From Nitrospirota bacterium (GTDB lineage Bacteria; Nitrospirota; JACRHL01): DNA of 64,000 nt. The notes under the pieces were generated by a model, which saw only the letters and a list, made by a program, of their open reading frames with translations, did not search any database and was not told the DNA's origin. The position numbers were made by a program, and so were the translations under genes. Positions 40,435-50,569 of this stretch are shown here, piece after piece (within the stretch, counting starts at the first letter, position 1; each line of letters opens with the position of its first letter). The stretch spans positions 26,729-90,728 of the forward strand of contig JAOUMB010000004.1 of assembly GCA_029881725.1 (NCBI GenBank). Direction: 5' to 3'.

Positions 40435-41622
40435 GTGAAACGCACCCTCGACAAACTGGCCCTGAAGGGCAAACGGGTCTTCATCCGCGCGGACTTCAAC
40501 GTACCGCTGGACGACGACCTGAACATCACCGACGACGCTCGCATCCGTGGCGCGCTGTCCACCATCAATTACGCCATCGACGCGGGAGCGAAGGTGATTC
40601 TGGGCTCCCATCTGGGCCGCCCCAAGGGCACACCCGACCCACGCCTGTCCCTCAAGCCGGTGGCGCGCCGCCTGGGGCGCCTGCTGGGCAAGGAGGTGGC
40701 CTTCGCGCCGGACAGCGTGGGCGGCCAGGTGGAAAGCATGATCGGCCGCATGCAGGAAGGCGACGTGCTGTTGCTGGAAAACCTGCGCTTCCACAAGGGC
40801 GAAACCGACAACGATCCGGGCTTTGCCAGGCAGTTGGCGCAACTGGCCGAGGTGTACGTGAACGACGCCTTTGGCGCCGCGCACCGGGCCCACGCCTCCA
40901 TCACCGGCATCACCGAACATCTGGACGAGGTCGCCTGCGGCTACCTGATGCAGCGCGAGATCAGCTATCTGCACGGCGCCCTGCACGACCCGGTACGGCC
41001 ACTGGTGGTGATCATCGGCGGTGCCAAGGTGTCATCCAAGATCGCGGTGTTGCAAAACCTCACCGAGCGGGCCGACAAGGTGATCGTGGGCGGCGGCATG
41101 GCCTTCACCTTCCTGCGCGCCATGGGCTATGGCGTGGGGGCCAGTCTGGTGGAGGAGGACATGCTGGAACTGGCCAACAAGATCCGCCTGGACGCCCGTT
41201 CCCGCGGCAAAAAATTCTACCTGCCGGTGGACTGCGTGGTGTCAACGGAGTTCTCCGCCAAGGCCGAAACCAAGATCGTCACCACCCAGGAGATTCCCGA
41301 CGGCTGGCTGGCGCTGGACATCGGCCCGGCCAGCGTGAAGCTGTTCCAGGAGGCCATTTCCGACGCCAAGACGGTGCTGTGGAACGGCCCCATGGGGGTG
41401 TTTGAAATGGACGCCTTCTCGCGCGGCACCTTTGCCGTGGCCCACGCGGTGGCCGACACCTACGCCCTGACCATCGTCGGCGGCGGCGACTCGGCGCTGG
41501 CGGTGCACCGGGCGGGCGAAAGCGAGAACATGAGTTTCATTTCCACCGGTGGCGGCGCGGCACTGGAGCTGCTGGAAGGCAAGGTTCTTCCCGGCCTGGC
41601 CGTTATCCCCGACGCCGACTGA
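40435..41622 (+). CDS. pgk: phosphoglycerate kinase
   Basis: RADFNVPLDD N-terminus and GGGASLELLEGK-type C-terminal motif (GGGAALELLEGK). 395 aa. Confidence 0.95.
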   Translation: MKRTLDKLALKGKRVFIRADFNVPLDDDLNITDDARIRGALSTINYAIDAGAKVILGSHLGRPKGTPDPRLSLKPVARRLGRLLGKEVAFAPDSVGGQVESMIGRMQEGDVLLLENLRFHKGETDNDPGFARQLAQLAEVYVNDAFGAAHRAHASITGITEHLDEVACGYLMQREISYLHGALHDPVRPLVVIIGGAKVSSKIAVLQNLTERADKVIVGGGMAFTFLRAMGYGVGASLVEEDMLELANKIRLDARSRGKKFYLPVDCVVSTEFSAKAETKIVTTQEIPDGWLALDIGPASVKLFQEAISDAKTVLWNGPMGVFEMDAFSRGTFAVAHAVADTYALTIVGGGDSALAVHRAGESENMSFISTGGGAALELLEGKVLPGLAVIPDAD

Positions 41623-41644
41623 TTTTTCGATCCAAAGGAGTCCC

Positions 41645-42421
41645 ATGCACCCGGACCGCACCCCCGTCATGGCGGGCAACTGGAAGCTGCACAAGGGCAT
41701 TCACGATACCGGCGGCTACGTGCGCGAACTGGTGCAGGCGCTCAAGGAGCGTGGTGACCTGGGCTGCGAGGTCATCATCGCCCCGGTATTCACCTCGCTG
41801 GCGGTGGCGTTGCAGGCGGTGTGGGGGTCCCCCATCAAGGTGGCCGCGCAGAACTGCCACTGGGAGGAGACCGGCGCCTTCACCGGTGAAATCTCCGCCG
41901 CCATGCTCAAGGAGGTGGGGGTCTCCCACGTGATCCTGGGCCACTCGGAGCGCCGCCAGTACTTTGGCGAAACCGACGCCACCGTCAACGGCCGCCTCAA
42001 GGCCACCCTGGCGCAACGCATGGCCCCGATTTTCTGCATCGGTGAAACCATCGACCAGCGCCGTGCGGGCGAAACCGAACGGGTGCTGGAGCGGCAACTG
42101 AACGACGGCCTGGCCGGCCTCGGCGCCGAGGCCCTGTCCACGCTGATTGTCGCCTATGAGCCGGTGTGGGCCATCGGCACCGGGGAGGTGGCCACCCCGG
42201 AGCAGGCCCAGGCGGCCCACGCCTATATCCGTGGCTGGTTTTCCAAGGCCCACGGAGACGGTTTCGCCAACCGGGTCCGCCTGTTGTACGGCGGCTCCGC
42301 CAAGCCGGACAACGTGAAGGAAATCCTCGCCTGCCCGGATGTGGACGGCTGCCTGATCGGCGGCGCCAGCCTGACGGCGGAGAGTTTTCTGCCGATGATC
42401 GACGCGGCCGCGTCCCGCTAA
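41645..42421 (+). CDS. tpiA: triosephosphate isomerase
   Basis: ATG at 41645 (MHPDRTPVMAGNWKLHK). Catalytic motifs ILGHSERR and AYEPVWAIGTG. The track ORF 5' extension overlaps pgk. Confidence 0.9.
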   Translation: MHPDRTPVMAGNWKLHKGIHDTGGYVRELVQALKERGDLGCEVIIAPVFTSLAVALQAVWGSPIKVAAQNCHWEETGAFTGEISAAMLKEVGVSHVILGHSERRQYFGETDATVNGRLKATLAQRMAPIFCIGETIDQRRAGETERVLERQLNDGLAGLGAEALSTLIVAYEPVWAIGTGEVATPEQAQAAHAYIRGWFSKAHGDGFANRVRLLYGGSAKPDNVKEILACPDVDGCLIGGASLTAESFLPMIDAAASR

Positions 42422-42527
42422 CCCACCTCCGGCGATGGATATGAAGGATTCAACCGGATATCCTTGCCCGGAATACGTTCATCAATCCGCCCCGCCACCC
42501 CGGGGGGCTCGCCACAAAGGGTTCGGC

Positions 42528-43886
42528 ATGGGGGATAGGAAGCAACAGGTTCGGAACACGGCGTTCCTTTCAGGCGCGCTGGCGGTTCTGGTGCTGGCCG
42601 CCTGCACCGTCAGCCCCACCGAGCCGGTCAATCCGCCGGACGAGATCGAGGCAGTCAGCCTCAACAGCAACGGGGTGATCGGCAACGGCGCCAGTTTCAC
42701 CCCGGCCCTGAACAGTGACGGGCGGTATGTGGCTTTCGCCTCCGACGCCACCGATCTGGTGGTTCCGGCGGACGGCAACGGGGTGACCGACATCTATCGC
42801 CGCGACCGGCTGGTCGGCACCACCATCCGCCTTTCGGTAACCGATGCCGGGCTGGAGGCCAACGGGGCAAGCCTCAATCCGAGCCTCAGCGCCAGCGGGC
42901 AGGTGGCCGGTTTTCAGTCCGACGCCACCAATCTGGTGATCCCCGCCGATACAGGCACCTTTACCGACGTGTTCATTCACGCCGCCACCACCACCCGCCG
43001 GGTGTCGGTGAACACGCTGGGCAACGAACCGAACGGGAACAGCACCAACCCGTCTGTCAGCGCCAACGGTAAGGTGGTGGCGTTCCAGTCCGACGCCACC
43101 GATCTGGAATCCCCGTCGATCGACACCGGGGTCTTCACCGATGTATTTGTTCATGCCACCACCACCACCGGCGCCACCACCCGGATATCGGTAAGTGCCA
43201 CGGGCACGGAGCCGAACGGCAACAGCACCCTGCCCTCCATCAGCGGCGACGGCTCCCGGGTGGTGTTTCAGTCGGACGCCACCAATCTGATCTTGCCCGC
43301 AGACGGTAACGGCTTTACCAATATCTATCTGCGCGACACGGTGGGGGCAGCCACGTATCTGGTTTCCAAAAGCCCCGTCAGCAACAAACCCGCCAACGGC
43401 GCCAGCACCAATCCGGTGATCAGTACCGACGGCAACTTCATCGCCTTCCAGTCCACCGCCACCGATCTTGGTCCGGCAGGCGCCAACGCCACGGAAGACA
43501 TCTTCCTGTGCAACTGCACCGACCCGGCCAACCCGAGCATCACCCGCATATCGGAGAGCCGCACGAACGCGGATGGCAACGGCGCCAGCATCAACCCGGC
43601 CATCAACGCCAACGGCAACTATGTGGCGTTTGAATCGACCGCCTCCAATCTGGTGCCCGGAGACAGCAACGGCAAGGTGGACCTGTTCATCTACGCCAAC
43701 ACCAGCACCAAAAGCCTGACCCGCGTGTCGGTGGACAAGTACGGGGTGCAGGTGACCGATGGTGACAGCAGCCAGGCGGCGCTCAGCGGCACCGGGCTGG
43801 TGACGGCATTCCAGACGGATTCGGCGCAAATGCTGGCCAACGATACCAACGGCCAATCGGACGTGCTGATCGCCCCCACCCCCTGA
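42528..43886 (+). CDS. lipoprotein made of eight tandem PD40-type (WD40-like beta-propeller) repeats
   Basis: ATG at 42528 (MGDRKQQVRNTAFLSGALAVLVLAACT lipobox). Eight ~45-50-aa repeats of type NG.S..PS.S.DG..VAF.S.A.NLV..D.NG..D.F. Confidence 0.6.
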   Translation: MGDRKQQVRNTAFLSGALAVLVLAACTVSPTEPVNPPDEIEAVSLNSNGVIGNGASFTPALNSDGRYVAFASDATDLVVPADGNGVTDIYRRDRLVGTTIRLSVTDAGLEANGASLNPSLSASGQVAGFQSDATNLVIPADTGTFTDVFIHAATTTRRVSVNTLGNEPNGNSTNPSVSANGKVVAFQSDATDLESPSIDTGVFTDVFVHATTTTGATTRISVSATGTEPNGNSTLPSISGDGSRVVFQSDATNLILPADGNGFTNIYLRDTVGAATYLVSKSPVSNKPANGASTNPVISTDGNFIAFQSTATDLGPAGANATEDIFLCNCTDPANPSITRISESRTNADGNGASINPAINANGNYVAFESTASNLVPGDSNGKVDLFIYANTSTKSLTRVSVDKYGVQVTDGDSSQAALSGTGLVTAFQTDSAQMLANDTNGQSDVLIAPTP

Positions 43887-43968
43887 CCCTGGCCAGCCCC
43901 TAGCCCGGGCCCCTCCGGATGCCCTATAGTATCCGCGCCCGCGCACGGTCGGGCAGCGCTGTCACCCC

Positions 43969-44502
43969 TTGTCGGAACCCATGAAAAAAATCGAACGCAC
44001 CCTGGAAAGCATTATCTTCAACAGCCGCTGGCTGCTGGCCCCCTTTTATCTGGGGCTGGTGCTGGCCATCGGCCTGCTGCTGGTCAAGTTCGCCAAGGAG
44101 TTAGCGCATCTGGTTCCGGTGGTGTTCACCGGCGGCGGCGAGCAGGTGATCATCGGGATTCTTTCGCTGGTGGACATCGCCCTGGTGGCCAACCTGCTGC
44201 TGATCATCGTGTTCGCGGGCTATGAAAACTTCGTGTCCCACATCCACACCGAAAACGCGGAAGACCGTCCCGAGTGGATGGGACACGTGGATTTTTCGGA
44301 CCTGAAAATCAAGCTGATCGGCTCCATCGTCGCCATTTCCGCCATCGAACTGCTCAAGGCGTTCGTGAACATGAAGGAAATGACCACCGACATGCTGGCC
44401 TGGAAGGTTGGCATCCATCTCACCCTGGTGGTGTCCGGCGTGCTGTTCGCCGTCATGGACCGCCTTGGCGTCGCCAAAAAGCGCCTTAAAAGCGAGTCCT
44501 AG
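43969..44502 (+). CDS. UPF0114/YqhA-family inner-membrane protein
   Basis: RWLLAPFYLGLVLAIGLLLVKF ... GYENFVSHI matches the YqhA family. Confidence 0.7.
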   Translation: MSEPMKKIERTLESIIFNSRWLLAPFYLGLVLAIGLLLVKFAKELAHLVPVVFTGGGEQVIIGILSLVDIALVANLLLIIVFAGYENFVSHIHTENAEDRPEWMGHVDFSDLKIKLIGSIVAISAIELLKAFVNMKEMTTDMLAWKVGIHLTLVVSGVLFAVMDRLGVAKKRLKSES

Positions 44503-45380
44503 CTCCCGTAGGTTTCGCGGTGGACGCGGGATTTCGGGACGCCCATCCGGTCGATCAGGGAGAGGGCGGTTTCCATGAAGCGGGGGGCGGGTTCCTCCCC
44601 TGCCTCCGCAGCGCGGGTCTTGTCGAAGCGGGTTATGCCGGGACCGCACAGGAAAAACTCGCACCCGTCCGGGCTTTTGAGCACCTCATCCAGCAGATCG
44701 GCGGAAATGCGCCCGCTGCGAACGCGGTCGTTGAAGCGGCTGGTGTCTTCCTCGCGAGTCAGGGCGTGAAACACGCGCAGGCGGTCCGGGTGCATCTGTT
44801 GCAGGTAATCCCACTCCCGCTTGTAGATCACGTCGTCCCAGGTGCGGTTGGATAGCACCAGGGTGTGACGGACCCCCGGATGGTTGCGCAGGGCATACTT
44901 GATCATGCTGAAGTTTGGCACCACGCCGCTGCCGGCGCAGACGTGCACCATGTGATCGGTGCGCTCCGCGATGTCCTCCGGCAGGGTGTAGGGGCCGGTA
45001 AAGCCGCTCACCACCATGCGCGAACCGGGCGTCACCCGGCGCACCAGCAGGGGGGAGAGCAACGGCGGATACTGGGTCACGCCGCTGGTGTATTCCTCGG
45101 CCTTGATGGTGATGGCCAGCTGCTTCTCGTCCGGCGAAGAGGCCAGCGAATAGGCGCGCGGCGGTTCCTTGCGTCCCTTCAGGTCTTCCAGATAACGGGT
45201 GAACCGGTCCAGGGACGGAAACTGGTGCGGGTCGATGGTCAAAAAGTGTCCGGGGCGGTAATCCAGCGCATCGTTGCCGGTGAACAGGATCATGGTCACT
45301 GTGTCCGGCGTCTCCGGAATCACGTTGGCCACCACCACTTCCAGGTCACGAACCTTCCTGCGCTTGTCGGAATCGGTCAT
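44499..45380 (-). CDS. FAD/NAD(P)-binding oxidoreductase of the ferredoxin-NADP reductase (FNR) family
   Basis: ATG at 45380 preceded by GGAGGG. RAYSLAS (RxYS FAD motif) and GSGVVP NAD(P) motif. The long 5' track extension is not supported. Confidence 0.7.
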   Translation of the reverse strand: MTDSDKRRKVRDLEVVVANVIPETPDTVTMILFTGNDALDYRPGHFLTIDPHQFPSLDRFTRYLEDLKGRKEPPRAYSLASSPDEKQLAITIKAEEYTSGVTQYPPLLSPLLVRRVTPGSRMVVSGFTGPYTLPEDIAERTDHMVHVCAGSGVVPNFSMIKYALRNHPGVRHTLVLSNRTWDDVIYKREWDYLQQMHPDRLRVFHALTREEDTSRFNDRVRSGRISADLLDEVLKSPDGCEFFLCGPGITRFDKTRAAEAGEEPAPRFMETALSLIDRMGVPKSRVHRETYGS

Positions 45381-45652
45381 GCCGTACCCTCCTTTTCTTC
45401 CGGAAACGAATGCCCCCGCGCCGCGAGGCAATGCCATGTGCAAGGCCCGTTCCATCCTTTTCATCAGCCTGGTTTTATACATTTGTTCAAGTGGTTGCGA
45501 TCCATTCGCCAAACCTGTGACGACCTCATCCGCGGGGGTATTCGCGAACAATCCGGTGCCGGGTGTGCAAATTTGCGCAGGTAGAAGCGGTTTTCCGGCG
45601 GAGGCGGTACGGTTTTGGCCGCCATGTGCATATCCCCCCACCGCCGTATGGG

Positions 45653-46222
45653 ATGGGCATTGGCCCGCGGTTGCGGTATACACTGGTGCGGACCCTCCAG
45701 CGGGTCCGCACAACAAGGAGAAACGCCCTGGAGATTTATGTGGATGCGGATGCCTGCCCGGTGAAGGACGAGGTGGTGCGCGTGGCCGACCGGCACCGTC
45801 TGGTGGTGCACATGGTCAGCAACTCCTACATGCGCCTGCCGGAGCGGGACACGGTGCGCCGGGTGGTGGTGGGTGGCGACGCGGATGAGGCGGACGACTG
45901 GATTGCGGAGCGTATCGGCCCCGGCGACATTGCCATCACCGCCGACATCCCGCTGGCGGACCGCTGCCTGAAGGCCGGAGCCGCCGTGCTCGGACATAAC
46001 GGAAAGCCGTTTACCGATGCGGGCATCGGCTCGGCCCTGGCCATGCGGGATCTGATGGGGCACCTGCGCGAGACGGGCGAAATCCGGGGCGGTGGGCCGT
46101 CATTCGCAAAGCGCGACCGGTCACGTTTTCTGGAGGCGCTGGAGCGGATGATTCAGGCGGAACGCAAACGGGCGCTTCTTTCCCGCCCCAAACCGCCCCG
46201 CCCCACGGCAAAAGGGGGCTGA
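45653..46222 (+). CDS. YaiI/YqgE-family protein (UPF0178, DUF188)
   Basis: Conserved core EIYVDADACPV...ITADIPLA...RDLM. The family start aligns with an in-frame CTG at ~45728 preceded by GGAGA; the first in-frame ATG is at 45653. Confidence 0.6.
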   Translation: MGIGPRLRYTLVRTLQRVRTTRRNALEIYVDADACPVKDEVVRVADRHRLVVHMVSNSYMRLPERDTVRRVVVGGDADEADDWIAERIGPGDIAITADIPLADRCLKAGAAVLGHNGKPFTDAGIGSALAMRDLMGHLRETGEIRGGGPSFAKRDRSRFLEALERMIQAERKRALLSRPKPPRPTAKGG

Positions 46223-46241
46223 TCCGCACACGGGGGGCGTT

Positions 46242-46649
46242 TCAGCGGGTGGAGGCGGTCTTCTTTTCATAGGCCATCTTGCAGGTGGGGCAGACCCAGC
46301 GGCCGGGGGTTTGCGCGGTCGGTTCATGCAACCGCGTGCGCAAGCCCACACTGTCGTAACACTGACGGCAGAACGGCCCGGTCAGTTCCCCTTCCGGATC
46401 TGGAAACCAGTAGGCCCCGTGCCGGAACACGGCGCGGCCCCTGTCGTCCATCTGGGCGCGTAAGCGGGTGTTCTCCTCGCGCAACTCCAGCGCGTATTCG
46501 CGCATGTCCACCAGGTGCTCCTGAAGGTCCAGTACCTTGCTGCGGATGTCCGCATCCCGAATCTGCGCGGCGGCCTTTTTCAGGTCGCCAAGGATGCTCC
46601 GAACCATCGGCCACGCGTTCGCGCCGGGCATGCTGTGGGTACTGCTCAT
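46242..46649 (-). CDS. hypothetical protein with a coiled-coil and a C-terminal CxxC...CxxC zinc ribbon
   Basis: Start at MSSTHSM (GGAG upstream). CRQC ... CPTC pairs. Confidence 0.4.
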   Translation of the reverse strand: MSSTHSMPGANAWPMVRSILGDLKKAAAQIRDADIRSKVLDLQEHLVDMREYALELREENTRLRAQMDDRGRAVFRHGAYWFPDPEGELTGPFCRQCYDSVGLRTRLHEPTAQTPGRWVCPTCKMAYEKKTASTR

Positions 46650-46745
46650 GGGGAACTCCAGACCGGTTACAGATGGTTTTAGAATACGCAATTAGTGCGT
46701 GAAAATCACCCGTTTTCTGAACGCTCCCGCTGCCCGCTCCGGCAT

Positions 46746-46780
46746 CAAAAAAGGCGCCCGCGGAACAACCGCCGGGCGCC
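46746..46780 (-). terminator. rho-independent terminator after the fba / secreted-protein transcription unit
   Basis: GGCGCCCG-loop-CGGGCGCC 8-bp GC stem flanked by an A-run (plus strand), which is a T-run on the minus strand. Confidence 0.5.
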
Positions 46781-46826
46781 TTTTCGATAACCGCTTGTTT
46801 TTCCGGAAATTGCCCGATTCTCGCGC

Positions 46827-47267
46827 TTATCCGGAAAAGTCCCCGCAGTCCCCGTATTCCACCTTCTCCGCGGAGGCGGGGCCGTTGCCACTATCGAAGG
46901 TCACACTCCAGGCGCGCTTGCCGCCGTGAACGGAGATGGTTTTTACCTTGTCCAGATTCCGTGGCACCCGGACCACCACGATGCGATCGGGCCCCAGGGT
47001 GACCATTTCACCCAGAAAGGTGTTTTCCTTGCCCGGGTTTTCTCCGGCGCGGATCACGCGCAGGATCACCTGACTGGCGGTGCCACCCACGGTGGCCCGC
47101 ACGCACTGGCCCTCTTTCAGGGTGATGGCCGGTTTGAGATCGCACCAGCCGCTGCCCCACTTGGAAGAACTGCCGAACTTGCAGTTGAGCGGCTCGGCGA
47201 ACGCCATGGACGGCGCCACGGTGGCCCCCAGCAGCAGCCCGCAGGCCACGATTGCACGGAACTTCAT
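46827..47267 (-). CDS. small secreted Cys-containing protein, unknown function
   Basis: Signal peptide MKFRAIVACGLLLGATVAPSMAFA. Mature region ~120 aa with 4 Cys. Lies about 25 nt downstream of fba. Confidence 0.45.
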   Translation of the reverse strand: MKFRAIVACGLLLGATVAPSMAFAEPLNCKFGSSSKWGSGWCDLKPAITLKEGQCVRATVGGTASQVILRVIRAGENPGKENTFLGEMVTLGPDRIVVVRVPRNLDKVKTISVHGGKRAWSVTFDSGNGPASAEKVEYGDCGDFSG

Positions 47268-47293
47268 ACACACACTCCGCTGTTGGGCCCGCG

Positions 47294-48685
47294 TCAGGCG
47301 CAGGCGATTTCATCCGCCAGGCTGCGCCCGGACTTAACCACCTTGACGTGCTGGTTCACCTGCACCGAGGAACCCCGCACCCCGAGCTGCTCGTACAGGA
47401 ACACGAATTTGTCCTCCAGCTCCTGGCCGATCCCGGCGCGGTTGGCCTGGGGCAGGGTCCAGAAGCGCTCGCGGAACGGTCCGAACCCCTTCTTGCGGGT
47501 CTTGTAAAGGAACTGGGCCTCGGTCTGCCCGTCCTTCATCTCGTCGGCGCAGTTCTCGCGCAGCCAGTTGAACACATCCTGCTTGAGGTCTTCCGGAATG
47601 TTGCGGCTGTCGTAGATCATGTTCTGGAAACCGGTGGCCAGATGGACCTCGGAGGCATTGTTGCTGACGAACTGGTTGAACGCCTCGTCCGGCAGGGTGC
47701 TGGCGCCGTGCTGCACGGTGCCGGAGATGTGGTATTTCTCGCGCGCGGACTTCGAAATGTCCTTGAGCACCGCAAAGTCCAGCGCCACCTCGGCCACCGA
47801 GCCGTCGGCGGTGGGCACGCCGCCATGACTGGTGCCGGTTTGCACGCTGATCTTGCTGATACCGGCCATGCCCGAAGGCAGGGTGGCGTTGTAGCCCTCC
47901 ATGAAGGCCTCAAACTCCTCCACGGTGCTGTTCTTTTCACCCACCTCGCCGATCTCGCCGCCCACGCTGACGGTGATCCCCGCAGGCTCCAGTTCGCGCA
48001 CCAGTTCGGTCAGTTCGGCGGCGCGCTCAAAGTTGTGGCGTTGCTGCTCGGGCACGGTGGGGAAGGCCAGGTCCACCAGCGTGGAACTGTCGATGTCGAT
48101 GTTGTAGAAACCGGCCGGAATGGCCTCGGAGATCAGTTCCCGCACCTCGTGCACGGCGGCCTCCGGGTCCTGGTTGTATTTTTTGGCGTTGACCTGGAAA
48201 TGGTCGCCCTGAATGAACACCGGACCCCGATACCCCTCGCGCAGACAGGCGGCCAGGATGACGGCGGCGTATTCGGACGGGCGCTGGAAGGTGTAGCCGA
48301 TTTCGCTCTTGGCGATTTCGAAAATGAACGCGCCGGAGTTCACCTTCTGGGCGGCGCGCACCATGGCGCGGGCGGTATCGTAGGTGAGCACGCGAATGTT
48401 GACGGCGGGCACCGTCATCGGCGGCACCTCGCCCCGGCCCATGGCCATGTACAGACCGTGAATGGAACCGGAGGCGCAGCCCACCGCATTGCCGATCTCG
48501 CGGATCAGCCAGCGGCAGGTGCCGCGCACCTCGGCGGTGTCGGCAAACACCGCATTGTAGACCAGCCGGTCCATGGCCTCGCCCTGCAGGGCGGCCTCGT
48601 TCTGCACGGTAACGGCGTTCCCCTGCCGGGTGATTACCCCGGCCAGCGCGGCGTCGATATCGGATACGGATGCAAACTTGCTCAA
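47294..48685 (-). CDS. class II (metal-dependent) fructose/ketose-bisphosphate aldolase, long form
   Basis: Class II aldolase motifs (VFIQGDHFQV, GEIGEVGE, SVQTGTSHGG). TTG start at 48685 preceded by GGGGAGGA. The upstream track extension is not supported. Confidence 0.7.
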   Translation of the reverse strand: MSKFASVSDIDAALAGVITRQGNAVTVQNEAALQGEAMDRLVYNAVFADTAEVRGTCRWLIREIGNAVGCASGSIHGLYMAMGRGEVPPMTVPAVNIRVLTYDTARAMVRAAQKVNSGAFIFEIAKSEIGYTFQRPSEYAAVILAACLREGYRGPVFIQGDHFQVNAKKYNQDPEAAVHEVRELISEAIPAGFYNIDIDSSTLVDLAFPTVPEQQRHNFERAAELTELVRELEPAGITVSVGGEIGEVGEKNSTVEEFEAFMEGYNATLPSGMAGISKISVQTGTSHGGVPTADGSVAEVALDFAVLKDISKSAREKYHISGTVQHGASTLPDEAFNQFVSNNASEVHLATGFQNMIYDSRNIPEDLKQDVFNWLRENCADEMKDGQTEAQFLYKTRKKGFGPFRERFWTLPQANRAGIGQELEDKFVFLYEQLGVRGSSVQVNQHVKVVKSGRSLADEIACA

Positions 48686-48864
48686 CGAAAAATCCTCCCC
48701 TGCGCGCGCGGAGTAAAAAAACGGGCGCGCCGCGTGACAGCCAACAGTCAGAAATGACGATAGCAGGAAACCCGCATGTGGCAATTATAGAGGGTTGGGG
48801 GGTCCGGTTAAAGGCGGATGCGTAAAAGCGGAGGAATTACCGCCCCACCCTCCCGTGCGACGGG

Positions 48865-49533
48865 TCATTCCGCCGACTGCAGGCGCTCCCATGCCGCCCG
48901 TTCCGCCGCAGCCTCGGCGGTGCGCCCCTGGGCATCCAGCACATCGGCCAGCCCCCGGTGCGCCACCGCATGATCCGGCGCACGCCGGAGCGCGTGGCGA
49001 TACTCCGTTTCGGCCTCCACGTACCGATCCCCCAGCAGCAATACCCCGGCCATATCCACGCGGGCCTCCACATGTTCCGGTTGCAGGCGCAACGCCTCGC
49101 GCAGGTGGTGCTCCGCCGCCGCCAGATCGCCCCGGTCGCGCAAAAAACCCGCAAACCCCCAATGCATGTCCGGCTGCTCCGGGCCCAATTCGACGGAGCG
49201 GCGGTATTCGCGCATGGCGGCGCCCTCCTTGCCCTGGGCATCGAGGATAAACGCCAGTTGCTGGTGGGCGAGCGCGTTGTCCGGGTCCAGCTTCAGCACC
49301 CGGCGCACTTCGCCCTCCGCCTCCGGGCCGCGTTGGGTGGCGATGAGAAACAGGGCGTAATCCATGTGCGCGTCCATGTTCTCGGGATCGCGCCGGATGG
49401 CGTCCTGCATCCGCGCCTCCTCCGCCGAGGCGGGGGCGGCCATTTCCAGCGGCGCGGACGGCCCCGAAGCGCAGCCGGGAGCCAGCACGGATGCCGCCAG
49501 CAACAGGCAGGCCAAGGTGGTGATACGGGCCAT
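48865..49533 (-). CDS. TPR-repeat lipoprotein
   Basis: MARITTLACLLLAASVLAPGCASG lipobox followed by 4-5 TPR units. Confidence 0.6.
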   Translation of the reverse strand: MARITTLACLLLAASVLAPGCASGPSAPLEMAAPASAEEARMQDAIRRDPENMDAHMDYALFLIATQRGPEAEGEVRRVLKLDPDNALAHQQLAFILDAQGKEGAAMREYRRSVELGPEQPDMHWGFAGFLRDRGDLAAAEHHLREALRLQPEHVEARVDMAGVLLLGDRYVEAETEYRHALRRAPDHAVAHRGLADVLDAQGRTAEAAAERAAWERLQSAE

Positions 49534-49629
49534 ATTCCCCTCCATGGAAAACGCTCCATCCCCTTTATGAATAGCGCTCCGGTCCCGGAAAGAAAAGCCC
49601 CCCTTCCATCCCCGCGCCGGTGCGGCGGA

Positions 49630-50529
49630 TCAGATTTCGTCCGCCTGCTCGTCCTCGAGCCGATCCGCCTCGGCGAGGGACGCCTGCGCCTCGTCGCTGC
49701 GGCCGACGGCCTCCAGCAACTCCCCCAGACAGCGGTGGGCGTGATACAGCCCCGGCTCGGATTCAATGGCCGCCCGGTAGTGCTGCTCGGCCTCGTCGAA
49801 TTTCTCCTCGTCTTCCAGCATCAGCCCCAGGTTGACGTGGGCGGGGGCGTGCTCCGGGCACAGGCGCAGGGCTTCGCGGTAGCTTGCGGCGGCACCGGTG
49901 GTGTCCTCCTTTTCGTCCAGCAGGAGCCCCAGATTGAAATGGGCCGACTCGTCCTCCGGGTCCAGCCGGATGGCGGTGCGGAAAAGCTCCTCCGCCGGGC
50001 CGGTCTGCCCCTGATCGGCCAGCAGGGTGCCCAGGTTGTTGTAACCCGCCGGATCGTCCGGATCCAGCCGCAGCACTTCGCGGTAGTGGGCCTCCGCTTC
50101 GTCGGCGAGGCCGGATTCGTCCAGCATCTGAGCCAGGTTCCACTGGGCGGAAACATCCTCCGGGTCGATCTCCACCGAGGCGCGGAATGCCTCCAGACCC
50201 GCGTCGAAATCCCCCTGCCGGGCCAGCAGCGCGCCCAGGTCGTTATAGGCCACCGGGTTTTCCGGCTCCAGGGCGATCACCGCGCGCAATTCCTTTTCCG
50301 CCCCGTCCGCGTCCCCCTTCAGTTCCAGCAGGCGGGCCAGATTGTGGCGGGCCAGCGCATAGTCCGGGTCCACCGCAAGGGCCTGGAGGGTTTCCTTTTC
50401 GGCCCCGTCGCTGTCGCCCTGCTCCAGCAGCAGCACCCCCAGGTCGGCACGGGCCTCCACGTCGTCCGGGTTTTCGTCCAGTGCGGCGCGCAGTGCCTCG
50501 ATTTCCTGTCTCGGATCAATATCGTTCAT
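49630..50529 (-). CDS. TPR-repeat protein (cytoplasmic)
   Basis: Start at MNDIDPRQEIEAL. Seven or eight TPR units of type A...Y..A....P....A..NLG.LL...G....A. Confidence 0.6.
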   Translation of the reverse strand: MNDIDPRQEIEALRAALDENPDDVEARADLGVLLLEQGDSDGAEKETLQALAVDPDYALARHNLARLLELKGDADGAEKELRAVIALEPENPVAYNDLGALLARQGDFDAGLEAFRASVEIDPEDVSAQWNLAQMLDESGLADEAEAHYREVLRLDPDDPAGYNNLGTLLADQGQTGPAEELFRTAIRLDPEDESAHFNLGLLLDEKEDTTGAAASYREALRLCPEHAPAHVNLGLMLEDEEKFDEAEQHYRAAIESEPGLYHAHRCLGELLEAVGRSDEAQASLAEADRLEDEQADEI

Positions 50530-50569
50530 GGGTCGGTCATCCTCAGGCGGTAAAAAAGTGAGGTACAGC

